Source: Bugula neritina
Taxonomy: Eukaryota; Animalia; Bryozoa
Direction: 5' to 3'
DNA length: 64,000 nt
Assembly: GCA_964035545.1 (NCBI GenBank)
Contig: OZ037766.1
Coordinates: forward strand, 4,144,722 to 4,208,721
The position numbers and the translations under genes are program-made. The notes beneath the pieces are model-generated. The model was not told the DNA's origin, searched no databases, and saw nothing but the letters and a program-made list of their open reading frames with translations. Positions 1-12,600 of this stretch are shown piece by piece (position 1 is the first letter of the stretch; each line of letters begins with the position of its first letter).

Positions 1-1245
1 CCCTAGCCCCAGACATCTGAGCAAACTTATCATCCTGGAACTGTTGAGAGATGGTCCAGGGGATGAGGTCACCACTTGCCCTTTGACCTCTGTGTAGACT
101 GTTCAAGATAGCTTTCTGGGAGAGTTCACCTTCTATACACACCTACACACCAGCAGTATAGTGACCTTAGCAATACGTAGTAGGTTACTGTCCAGCAAGT
201 TCTGACTACTTTATAACATCTTGAAATTGAGTTAACTTTAATATTATCAGTAAGTAGATTTAGCACAAAGCTTATTTCAATTTTGAAATCTTATCCTTAA
301 TTTAAATAATATAGAAAATTGAAATATTTCTATTACATATGATCTTTGGCAGGGTTGAACAGCTATTAAAATATGAATTGTTCATGCTGCTTATAAAAAC
401 TAAATCTCCTGATAGGAATAGTAACTGTAAACACAGTTAGTTGATTGCTGACTGACTTGCAAGACTACTAGTGCTTCAGGCAGCGACGTCTTAAAGTTTC
501 CTGGTGGTGACAGCACAAATATATGGTGTGAGGGTGAATCAGAGAGCATCTGCAGATCATTAGGTGAATTCTGCAAACAAGGCATTACTGAGCATTCAAC
601 TGTGAAAAAATAAGGTTTAGCAAAACCAATAAATATTTACATACAAATTTATATATTATACAAGTTTGACGTATAGGTATCACCAACTCATTTTAGCAAT
701 TTAGCAATTACATTTTCTTACGTATCAATTATATAGCATGAAGCCAGCACTTACCTTGTAGTGACTGGATACGTAGAGACTCATAATAGTTTGCAGGAAA
801 TCTTCAGATGCTTTGTGGAATGAGAACAGAGTGTCTCTGTAAAATAATAAATGTGATGAACAGTGCATACTTGTTGAGCATACCAATCTTCTCACTTGCT
901 CTAGAAACATGTGGCTTCAAAGCTGGAATTTCACCTCAGCACTTGGACAACGTTGAGCAAAATAGGCCAAAGAATAATTAATACTCTGGAATATTACAGA
1001 AACCAATTACAAGTGATGACACATAAACTATAGAGTTAGAACACAGAAGAAAATAATGTAGCAAGAGCAGTGAGGATACCCAGAGTAATTTAATTTGTCA
1101 TAGAGTAAAGAAGACTGGCAAAGATCATAGAGCTGGATGACCAAAAGATAACATGATAACAAGCTTGATAGATGATGTGGTGTGTGTGCGTGTGGTGTGT
1201 GTGCGTGTGGTGTGTGCGAGTGTGTGTGCGCGCGTGTGTGTGTGT

Positions 1246-1277
<32 letters not shown>

Positions 1278-1770
1278 GAGTTGTTACCTGTTCACATAAT
1301 ATAAATCACAATTATCTGGTGAGGGACAACCAGAGCTAATGCTAGTCACTTCAGTAGCATCCAAACAGAGTAACTGGTTAAGCCACGCCTCTACCAAATC
1401 TCCTTCCGCATAACGTATAGACTCCTTGAGTGATAATTCGTGCAGCTGTCGACCTAATGTAAAAACAATAGCTGAAAATAATATAAACGTTTGCAAGGCA
1501 ATCATATTTAGAAGCAGGCGATGTTTATATACAAAAGGAAGGGGAGACAAACCCTAATAAATATTGGAAAATCTGCTAAGGTCTGAAAATAAATAAAACT
1601 GTGTGAACCAAGTCATGGGACATGAGAATTGTGATCAATCTAACAATATTTTCTAAAATAATTTAAATTTAAGCGAGGAAACTTCAACCACAGATGAATC
1701 TGTATCTTACACACCTTTTTGTATAAAAAGTAAAACTGACATATACTCTATCAACCTCTCCATCCATTGT

Positions 1771-1801
<31 letters not shown>

Positions 1802-4800
1802 GTGCCAGCGGAGGCTGGTCTCCCTGACAAAGTTTCAGGAGGAATTTCTAAAGGGGTACAGGTCGTACCTGAGTGTCCCACCTACTTCTGTGGGACGCCG
1901 GGAATACATGATCTTCCCCAATTTCAAATAAGAAAATTCACCCAAGAACAATTTCCCTTTTGCTGCCAAAAAAATTTGTTTTCAGGAAAAAACTTTTTTG
2001 AACCTAAAGATAATCTTTAATTTATAACCATAAGTCGGTCTTTTCATTATGCTTTGCCTATTAAATTGAATTTTATAACTTGTATATGAATGTATGGAAT
2101 ATGAAATGCTTTCTAAACAGGTTTTATCATTATCAGTCAAGTTTTCATTAGTGTCAATGAATTCAAAATAATGTCGTAGAAAGGACAGAAAGCAAATGGT
2201 TTAAACTTAAAAATACACATATTTATTTTGTAGAAAAAATCAATGCTGATAAACTAACCTGAAACACTAGATGCTGTGTTAGTTGTCTCCCCCATATTTG
2301 CCGCTTTAATGGCTTCAGTGGAGTTGTTTCCCATAGTGGAGCACTGAGATCTCAGCTGCTGAATAAGTTTCAAGGAGAGAGACCTGCCAGTGCCCTCATA
2401 CCTACAGTTTAAACAAAGAGAAGATAACTCTCGTTACATCTCGATAACTTATAGCCTACAATGAAGAATAGTCTACTAAGATATCACTTCACACCATGAC
2501 TCTTGGTACACTTTCTCTCTTTCCGCGACTAATCTAGAAGATTGGTAAGTGAGTTGATCTTTACTCAAGATGTGACAGTGCCTTGTTATGGTCTAGTTAG
2601 AGCAGTTTACCCGTTAACAGTGGATGCCATGAAGACCAGATATGGACCCATCAGAGATTTGACAAGAGGGAGTGGAATGGCAGCAGCTTCATCTATCACA
2701 ACCAACTCAGCTTGTCCTAACTTGTGGGCATCAGTTGGGTGAATGTACTACAAACATGGAGCTTTTTAGTAAAATATTTTCTTCAAATACTATGGTTTGT
2801 ATACAGATGCAGTAGCAATACTGTATACATATAATAGAAAAACTGAAAGGTGGAATGTTTTCCTATTCTATGAAGAATTTGATTCAGATATACCTGTATA
2901 GTTTGTCTATGGTCTCTGTAGATGTTAACTCTAACTATAGCTTTGTTGAATTCTTCATTGGTTGACTGCACAATATCGTAATCTGTATGCTCCTTTAAAA
3001 TCACATGAATGATGAAGATATAACCAGCAAATTACCATTTAGTAATATCTCTATCATATACTCTTAATTGTAAAGAACATCTGTTACAGAAACTACCAAT
3101 AACACGACCAGTGTGATAGAAGTTGTCATTCCATGCAACTTACCTGGTAGCCCAAAGCATCAAACCCTTTGAATATAAACTCAAAGAGAGTTTTCAAGTT
3201 CTCCGGAGACGGTGATGTCACAAATATGTTGCTGTAACTAAACCCAACAGCTGAGGCTATTGCTAGCCCTAGAGCAGCTGATTTCCCACGACCTCTAGCA
3301 GCAGTGAGTGCTATTGTAGACCTCAAAGTCTTCTCTGAGATTGATTCCATGAATCTCAAAACACAATCGGCCTATAAATGAGAAAGCAGAAACGTTAACT
3401 CATACAAATAAATTCATGTGTCCCAATATAGCATTTAAAAGTTAAACAAAACAACCAACTAACATAATATAGGATCAAATCTAAATAAGGTGTATAAATT
3501 TTCAAGCAAGCTGAATTTGATAGTTGAATGAAAAGAAGTCATTACCTGGTCCACAGTCCTACAGCAGTTCACTATGACACCAGCTGGCTGGGTGTCTTCC
3601 ATCGACTCCTTGAGATCCATCAGCTCCTTGTCTTTCTTACTGAGTGAATCCTCCTGGAAACCAGACTCAAACATAATATAATAAATAACATGGCGCAATT
3701 TGCTAAAAAATCCATTTTCACATCTTTATCACATTTGAGTTTAATGGAGTAAATTGATTGAGTAAATTGCCATCAACAATTCTATTCAATTAACAATCTC
3801 CACACAGTGAATCTACTACAAACTTAATACTAAACACTATCTTATAAAATGCCAGGGTGAGTTATGATGAAGCAGTTTTCTTACGAATTCACATCATATA
3901 TGTAATGGAAATGTTTATAAAATATACGTAAATGTCTTGAAAGCAGAATGAACTCTTAAGCAAACTTACTGAAGACTTGGGAGGGAGAGGTGTAATGTTA
4001 GCTGTAGCTGATGATATGGGTAATACATTCAGCTCATCATCTATTACCAAACAGTTGGCACACGAAGTTAGAGAAAGTATGAACCTTTCATTAAACCTTG
4101 GAACTACATCAAGGTTAGCTGCAGTTCTATAACGTGAGTGGACATCCATGGTCATAGTATAGAGCTGTTGTAGCGAGTCCATTCCTTTCAGTAAAATGAC
4201 TATAGCGCCACCTCCTTCCACAGTCTCTATGGTCCTTGCTAAGAGATTCGGAGTAAGTGCCTCAAAGTCCTAAACAAACACATTTATTTATAGTTTGTAG
4301 ACATTTAAACTTAAATGAATTCTTAGCTTATCCTCTAAACAAGAATTCGTTTTTAAACCTGTTAAACTCCCCCCTCTTAACGATGTATCTAACAACTGCC
4401 AAGCTAAAATGCATCACCATCTACACACAGTAAATGCAAACAAAATATTTCATTTAAAACAACTAAGAATAACCTACCAGAGACAGCAATAAGAAATAGA
4501 AAGCTGAAATCAGTTTGAAATTTTAATTGACACGTTAAAAGCATTAACTGCTGCAGAAGAGCCACAATATATATACTGTACAGTTAGTACCTGCAAGATA
4601 CACATCCCATACGTGTTACCAAGTATCTTGTGTGTCTCGCTATAATAACAGTATCTGATTTCAGTCGAGGACACAAACAACTCCAAGGGGTCGTCTTCCC
4701 TCACAGAAATCTTTCCAGTTTTAATCTTTTTTTGGATCTCCCTCATCCTTTTCTTACGATTGCTACAGCAATGATAACGTTAATAATAATAAAGTAAAAG

Positions 4801-5735
4801 TCACAACTACTAGATCAAGTTAATGAAAGACCACTCAAAGTAAAAAAGGTGGCTTACTTTTTAGAGACATGATGCATGTAGAAGCTACAGGAAAATTTTA
4901 AAAATAAAAATAAAATAGAAAAAACAATTGATTACAAATTAAGAGACTATGGCATAAACAAAACGTAAACACCAGAAGAATTCACAATATGAACTATAAG
5001 TTTCACAGAAAGCTAACCAAGTTTGGTATATTAACAATAATTGTTTATGTAACATAGCACAAAAGATGTTTTATAATTTGAAGCAAACCCTTTAGAAAGT
5101 AAGTGATTTTAATTGATGCTGAAAGCGGAGACAACTCCTATCAGCTTTGGGAGAAAACATGTGTGCTTAAAAAGTTTAAATATTCACAACACAATACACT
5201 TCATAATTTACCTGCTAAATCCAAGATCTTTTTTATAACACCAGAGAACAGTGGGACGAGCTTTGACTGCTGCCTTTGACATTATATGATGCAACACGAC
5301 AACCTGTCAGCAACAAATATAAGCAACATGAATAGATGCACCTCACAATAAAAAACTCATGCAAGTTTATGGTCACCATCCCCAAGAGAAAACCCCTGAT
5401 GGAAGGGGTTTGTGTTAAATCGGGCTAAGGACTTATTCAGATGAAGTACAGGAGCAATTATGACTGGATGCTCTTCCTTACATCACCAATGGCTTTTTTC
5501 GGGTTTCGAATCCATGACTTCACGCTTACTAGGCAAACGCTCTAACCCCTATACCACGACTGCTCCCTCGATACAGCTCACAATGTTGACACTTTATTCG
5601 CTGATTACATAAAAGTTACACACTGACCTGATCTTTTGCTCTGTCTCCCACCACAACGAAAAAACTTCTCATTTTGGTCTTCAAATTGTTCTCTATCAGA
5701 ACTCTGATACGCTGATCTACTTTCTTTCTATGCAT
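1..5735 (-). CDS. NAT10: RNA cytidine acetyltransferase NAT10/Kre33, multi-exon, 3' part outside the window
   Basis: ATG at 5735 gives MHRKKVDQRIRVLIENN... (exon 5628-5735). Later exons: WCYKKDLGFS; ETHKILGNTYGMCILQ; ARTIETVEGGG; Walker A TAARGRGKSAALG; DEAAAIPL; GYEGTGRSLSLK; ESIRYAEGD; LYYVNRDTLFSFHKASE; HYKNSPNDLQMLSDSP; SGDLIPW. GT-AG boundaries checked for several introns. Confidence 0.97.
1176..1277. repeat. (GT)n/(GTGC) microsatellite in a NAT10 intron
   Basis: Directly visible imperfect dinucleotide run. Confidence 0.9.
1769..1920 (+). ncRNA. RNU12: U12 minor-spliceosomal snRNA, antisense within a NAT10 intron
   Basis: 5' end TGCCTTAAACTAATGAGTAAGGAAAATAACGA is nearly identical to metazoan U12 as recalled (UGCCUUAAACUUAUGAGUAAGGAAAAUAACGA, including the branch-point-pairing GUAAGGA). 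Followed by two hairpins, an Sm-like site GAATTTCTAAAG, the terminal stem-loop GTCCCAC-CTACTTCT-GTGGGAC (loop resembles the U11/U12-65K binding CUACUUU) and a 3'-box-like ATTTCAAATAAGA. Length about 150 nt. Confidence 0.95.
5356..5567 (-). mobile_element. tRNA-derived SINE, copy 1 (NAT10 intron)
   Basis: Reverse complement aligns over about 200 bp with copies at 43379 and 49083. Pol III A-box-like TGGTATAGGGG and B-box-like GGATTCGAAACC; shared 3' end ATAAACTTGCATGAG. Confidence 0.88.
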
Positions 5736-7385
5736 TGTGGTAAAGGATGGGCCTGTAATACAAAGTAAAGGTAATGAATAAAACAATAACTATCAGTTGC
5801 TTATAAAGAACTTGAAATCAAAATAGATCCAATGAGCTGCTACTTGTATTATATTGCTATAATATCTAGTACAACACAGCACAGGTATAATTAAGCCAAT
5901 ATTTCAAATGAAGGATAAAACAGATAAATGTGACGCACCAGGCATTGAATGAGATAGAAAATAAATAAATTGAATTAAATGACAACAGTAGTAATAAATA
6001 GACAATGAGATAGTAACTTGGCTATATAAATGAAATAATCTAATTGCCCAAGTCCTAAATAAAAAAAAACGGTGTGAAATAAAAAATAACATAATTGAGA
6101 CCAATTTATTACAACAAAACACAAACACAACTAATATACCAATATGGTTGAGAAGCGAAATAAAGTTTTAAAGTGGCCAGAAATAATATGTGCTGGCATC
6201 TAGAGAAGTAAGATAAGTTAATATGAATTAAATGGAAGCAAAAGATAAAAGAAGCCTTGAACAACTTAATAATTTCTAGTCAACTACTTTTATTATTGTA
6301 GTAATAGTCATACCAACTTGATTTTTTGCATTGGGTTCAACTTGAAAATATATTACTGACACCCTTACTTCTAGCTTTTGCTTGCAGTCAAACTGTTACT
6401 GTAGTATAACTGTGTGAGCATACAACCAGACGCCACTAGTTATTAGTAAAGTAATTTTTATTTTCAAGGTAAACATTTACCACCAGCTAATATAAATATT
6501 CATATAAAATTAAACAATAATTCATTAATTGATTCCTAATCCATATGGTTATGCACTTAGCCTTGCAGACTACATTAAAAGTAAAACTAATTAAGATTAA
6601 CTCTATAACTATTAGTTTACCTATAACCACTTTAAAGTTTATTATAATTATAATAATCATAATGTCGATGTGTAACTAGAGCTAGTAGTACTAGTACTCT
6701 GGAAATAGAGCACTACGTCTACTGGTACCACTATGACTATTAGTATTACTAGTAAGTCACTAAGTGAGTCACTGAGTATCACCACTACCAGTACGAGTAC
6801 TACTAGTACTAGTAGTAATTGAGTACTAGTACTACTACCGTACCAGTACCAGGGAATGCGAATGTTTTTTGCGCCACAAATTATTATTAAATATTATAAT
6901 TATTAATTAACTTATAGTTATTAAGCATTAGCTTAGGCTTAGCAGTGCCATAAACTAAAGCCGTAAAGGCATAATCATAATGATAAAGATAATTGTAAAT
7001 GTTTTATGCAATAATAGATCATGCAAATCTATATTACTTCATAAAAAATAATACTGCTTCGGTATTGATAATGGTTTTATTGATTTTGAGTAGCGGCTAT
7101 AATAATTGTTATTATACATATTTAAAGTGATATTTATTTTTAAACCCATATTTATTAACATGCCCCGACTTCCATGTCTAAATACCGGACATAGACAGTA
7201 AGTAAACGATACCTGAAAACTAAAGATGAACGTAACCTTTTTAGAATCAAAAACACTGCTTTGTTTTTATTTTTAATTTATTGTTAATAAAAAGTTAAAA
7301 ATTAAAATTTAAATTATCAATTGCAAGATAACTTGTTTAGGTAATTTATCGGTTTACCATAAAACCGTTTGGTCCGCATAACCAA

Positions 7386-7415
7386 TCCTTTTCCTGCCAT
7401 ATTCTATTGCCGAGT
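7386..7415 (+). promoter_or_regulatory. RPL32: RPL32 non-coding first exon with 5' terminal oligopyrimidine (TOP/TCT) tract
   Basis: TCCTTTTCCT, then a short exon ending in a GTAAGT donor at 7416; acceptor TTTCCAG at 7545 leads to ATG 7566. Typical ribosomal-protein gene architecture. Confidence 0.75.
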
Positions 7416-7565
7416 GTAAGTAAAAATTTTATACCTTGCAAGTAATCTGTCGCAGGTGTAACTTTCCTTTTGTAATCTGTATTTAATTTTGCGCATAGCA
7501 ATCTCTGAAATATTGACAAATATGGTATTAAATTATTATTTCCAGGTTTCACTTAGGGGATTATT

Positions 7566-9362
7566 ATGGCTATCCAAAAAGTCAGACCCCTGAAAAAACC
7601 CAAGATTGTGAAGAAACGATACAAGAAGTTTATCCGTCACCAAAGTGATAGATATGTTAAAGTAACGGTGAGTTTATTAATTTATTTTTAATGTTATGCT
7701 TATACTTTTACTAGCTCAAGCTATACTATTAAAGTAAAGTATAACTATGACTAGATCATTAATTACATTTACTTTTGGTGTGACTGAAATTTACTTGTAA
7801 TTTTAACGTTACCGACTTACTCCTAAATGTAAATTTCTATAGCTGTGAGTAGTACTAGTAGTATTAGTTGAGTGTAAGAGTGTTAATAGTTTTAGTTGGT
7901 GTTGCAGACTGCTGAAACTAAATAAGTAGTGGCAAACTAGTGTTGGTTAAAATATGCATTAATGTTGCAAGTTTCACCAGTGTTTAAAATTGATATTATT
8001 ATTATAATTATTGTAATTGGTTTACAATTAATTCTTGAATTGTGAATTTCTTTGAAATTAGTAATCTGGTGTTGTACTGTTACTATGTTAGTATTACTAA
8101 ACTTGATTTAGTGTAAATTTTCAATAAGTATTTCGATTTTAACTTTATGCCTGTTGTAAGTCGAAATAATGAATTTAGATCATGTGGCTATGTCAAAGTT
8201 TTTTATTGCAGAGGACCAATGATATGTATACATGTATCAGTAAACACTATTTTATCCCATAGACATTTTCACTAGATATTTTATGTAATAAATACTGTAG
8301 ACATAATTAATATAATTGAAAATTCAATTAGTATTGCTAGTCTAAGAACTGTTGAATAATCTCATGTTGTAATACATCATGGGCAAGTAGCATATTGTAC
8401 TTGGCCTTTAATGGTGCAGGTGTATTCTGCAATTGATAGATTCAATTTCCAGTTTTCACTTCACAAGCTTGTATTTTTGACATTTTTATTTTTTTTTAGG
8501 ACAAATATTTGTCATTAGAGAAGGTACAAGGATAAAAATTTTTTGTGTTTTTTAGCAAACATGGCGAAAACCCAAGGGTATTGACAACAGAGTTCGAAGG
8601 AGATTCAAGGGGCAATTTTTAATGCCATCAATTGGGTATGGTTCCAACAAAAAGACAAGATATTTGATGCCTGATGGCTTTAAAAAGTTTTTGGTGCACA
8701 ATGTTGCGGTAAGTAGATCTGGTGAAAATGTGCTCTGTTGTGTAAATTCCATCGAATAGCTGTAGTGTAATGATCGAATTTACCTGCATAAATGAGGCCT
8801 AACTAATTCTACCTGCCTGGAAGTTCTGTGGTTAAGATGTTCTTGAAATCACCGTATATTTTTTGTTATGGTTCCTGCATAAAGATAATGTGTATCACTA
8901 CAAGTAAAATCGCCTGTGATACATTTATCTGCTGCAAATTGCCATAAGTTCCAGTTTTCCAGCTGTAGTGGTTTCAAGGTTTTGATTAAATGTTTCTGGG
9001 CAGTTGATCTAAAATTCTAGGTATTTGCTCATTCCCTCACTATGCTCAGTTTATTCCCCGCTATCTGTTTTTACACACCATTCCTGAGCAGAACATTTTA
9101 TGCCGCCCAGATGTATCATCAATTGTAATGATGTATAATTATGTAAGTTTTGTAACTGTCATTGCTAATAGCTCTCTCACTGTTCTCTTTTTATTCATTT
9201 CAGGAGTTGGAGGTGTTGCTGATGCAGAACAGAACATTTGCTGCAGAGATTGCTCATGATGTATCTAGCAAAAAAAGGAAATTCATTGTGGAACGTGCAC
9301 AACAGTTGAACATTAAAGTAACCAATCCCAATGCTAGATTACGATCAGAGGAGAATGAATAA
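7566..9362 (+). CDS. RPL32: 60S ribosomal protein L32 (eL32); coding exons 7566-7667, 8556-8708, 9204-9362
   Basis: Spliced translation [68 protein letters not shown]...[22 protein letters not shown]...[12 protein letters not shown]; phases consistent. Confidence 0.98.
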
Positions 9363-9673
9363 GATTGTTCATGTACATTTCCTGTAATAAAAATGTTGAA
9401 AGCCTTTATTATTGTTTTTGTCCACATAATATGCAATCAAAAGAATAAGATGTTAGTTATTGCAGTATATATTCAAAAAGATAAATATGGAAAGTTTATA
9501 ATTGAAACTTAACGGTTACTCAAAAATTAATGCGTTAGAGAAATGCATATATATAAATCAAAATATAGAAAATTGAGACAGTGTAGGTATAAAATGATCT
9601 CTTGTAACAAGTGATGGTAAGATCATTTCTTTAGACTGCTGGTTAACGAACAAGGGTTGTGTCCCTCAATACT

Positions 9674-12600
9674 TCAAGCCATGCGCTTGAGTTCAGGTAC
9701 ACTGGGGAAGTACCAGTAGGTGCCTTTGACACAAGAGGTCAAGGTCATAATCAGATCACTATGACCATCCCCTCCAGCACCAACCATCCTGTCGAGCATG
9801 AACTCGAAATTCTCGGGGCTTGCAGCATATCCAATGAAGAAGAGGCCAGAGTCGCCGCTGACGGTGCCCCAAGGTTGTGACTGGCGGACTATCTCAAAAG
9901 GCTTGTTCTGCTGCCAGCCATTGCCTGTAAAATAGTTGTATACTTGCAATGTTCGAAGAAAAGTATTTGTGCAAAGTAAAACAGCAATAACATGCTTTTC
10001 TAAACTGGGATAGCAGTTACTGTACTCGTGAAAATGTCTTAATATTTTATAACAGCTGTCTGCAAATCTCAAACTGTTCAAAAAATTAAACCTGCGCACC
10101 AGTGTATAATATTGACATTTTCATAATCCCCTTGTTGAACTAAACAGATAACGGTTTGTAGTACATAACAGAATGCTGCTTAACTTCTGTATTATGGGCA
10201 AGGAAAGATTGAATAACTTGTGCTGTTTGCTCATTGGAGAAAAAGGTCAAATCAAACTTGCAAATATTATAATGCTCAACTAGTGATTTTAGCTCAAGGA
10301 ATAATTTACGTGATGTTAGGGAGTTGTCTCTCAGGAAGCTATGAGTAGATAACTGAAACAGAATAGTTACCTCCAACCATTCGAGCCACATGGGATTGTA
10401 TTGGCTTCCTGCTCAGTTCGATACTGTCAGCTTTATTTCGGCCAACTGCTGCTTCAAGAGTCTTTGCTAAAACGAATTTTCATCGCATAGTAATGAAAGA
10501 AAATCAAGCAAAAAATGCACAAGTACATTGAAAAATTCTAGCCTTGCATGCTCTAATGCGAAAATCTGAAACCAAAATAAGAATATAGAATCTATTCTTT
10601 TAGTAAATTTACTAAATGACGGCGGCTACTTAAACCAGCATTTGTCCCAATACAATTAACTTACTGGGTGCATTTGCTATATATTTATGGTTGTGGATCC
10701 ACTTTTGAGTGATAACATAACTGCCTCCAGTGCTGGGTTCAACAGCTACGTTCTCCCGCCATTCTTCATCTGCAGGATTCTCAGTACCTGGAAGACAGTA
10801 TTTAATATGAAGAGGTCTCTCTCTATAATGTATTACTAAATATCAACAGTACAAACAGATCCTATGGATCTAAATTGTAGGAATATATAATATAACATAG
10901 AATAGGTATTCAAGTGATCATGAGAGTAACATGGTAACCTTGACACTTTCATGCCTTTCTATAATTTTAGAAGCTTCGTATGACTAACAGTGACTGCACA
11001 TTTCATAAGAAGCAAAAGCAATGACATTGGAAGTAACATTGCATTAACACATCAAATATTCCAGCCAGACACTAGCGCAAAGTTGACAGACCATCAAAAC
11101 TGCATGGTCATGATTAATTACCATAATGTCCACAGTGTTCACAACAGTAATCGAACAACCTAGCCAGTGATTGTCAACAATTATTACCTCATTACATGAA
11201 AACCCACCATCAATAAATCCAGATAAATCTCTGCCATTCTGATATACCCAGCCATATATGTCTTCAAACGACTCAACGCTACCCACAGGCAACTGCGAGA
11301 TTATACGCTGTGCCAACTCAAACAGCTTACTTCTGTTGTTACTTTTTGCATGGATGAATATATCTCCACCTAAGAAAAGGCAATACCAGCATGAAATCTT
11401 GTGAACATGCAGTTGGGGCACTACAAAAAAATAGGATGTTAATGCACAGGCAGTACAAATCATGCGTGACGGAGAGGCTAGAAGTAATTTCAGCCAAACA
11501 AAAAATTAGTTTGATTGGCTGACAATGAGTTGATAGCAAGTAAGCAGGGAATAGGTCACTGAGGGAACACTTAATATGAACACAGAAGATAATAGAGCAC
11601 ACATTGTTCAAATTGTTTAAATGATACTGGACGATTCGGCCCACAATCAAGTACCGCTATGAAGGAGGTGGTAAAATATGAGTGAGCTAAAGAGCAAAAA
11701 CCTGCAAAAGATGTCACATCATGCTGAAAATGACAAAATAAATATGGCTATGACAATATGGATGCAAGACCTGAACAGTGTACCAATGAACTAAATAGAG
11801 GTTTACGGATGCACTATAGTTTCTAAAGTTCTTTTATATTCAAAATAAAAAACAAGTAAGTGTACAATCATCTATATTATCATTAGAGCAAGGACAAGGT
11901 TGCAACCTATATAAGGCACAGTTGCAAAGGTGACACTTTATCATATGGAAAGTTAAATCACATTAGACAAGGTAATTCATCAGATGCACAAATTCTGTGT
12001 TACAACTAACCAGTACTTGGAAGATCTCCATGGTCTCCCTTTCTGTGTGGATAAGTATAGTTCTTCTCCGTCTTTTTACCTGTGACCTAAAGACAAGAGA
12101 TGAACTCAATTTTTACAACAGTTGGTCAATACAAAACTGAAAACTTTGTAAGAGACTTTTCATAGTTTAGAATTTACCAAGTAAAAACCAACTTGCAATT
12201 TCAGTAGAGAGGCTCAACAAAGACTTTTATCTAACGTTACCTGGCTGAAGAAGTTGGTGCCGAATCCTACACCAGCCCAGACTTCGTCTTCCTCGTCTAT
12301 CTGGTCTGGTGGGCAGACGGTGTCTACATGTGCTTGCAGGTTGGCAACGACCTTGGCACATTTCTTCTTGTCGGCGGTGGGAGTTAAATGAATCCAGAGG
12401 TATAGAGCTTGCTCTTTTGTGCCGGAGACAACCTAACAATATAAGAATCGCAGATAGCAGAGTGTTGCTATGCAGTGAGTGAAAGTAGTTAGGATTTGAA
12501 TCTCAATCGAAGGCTTACACTATTTTGATATCGCTTTTCTGCAGCCGAAACTTTAGGAGTTGAGATGGTGTTGGAAAGAAGATCTTGCAGAGTCTGAGAC

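Noticed and set aside
1803-1830. HDV-like ribozyme resemblance (CAGCCTCCGCTGG on the minus strand)
   Set aside because: Fully explained as the antisense of a U12 snRNA hairpin
5753-7212. NAT10 5'UTR intron as U12-type (GTATCGTTT donor, CCTTTAC branch-like motif)
   Set aside because: Both signals mismatch the strict GTATCCTT and CCTTAAC consensus, and the donor position itself is unverified
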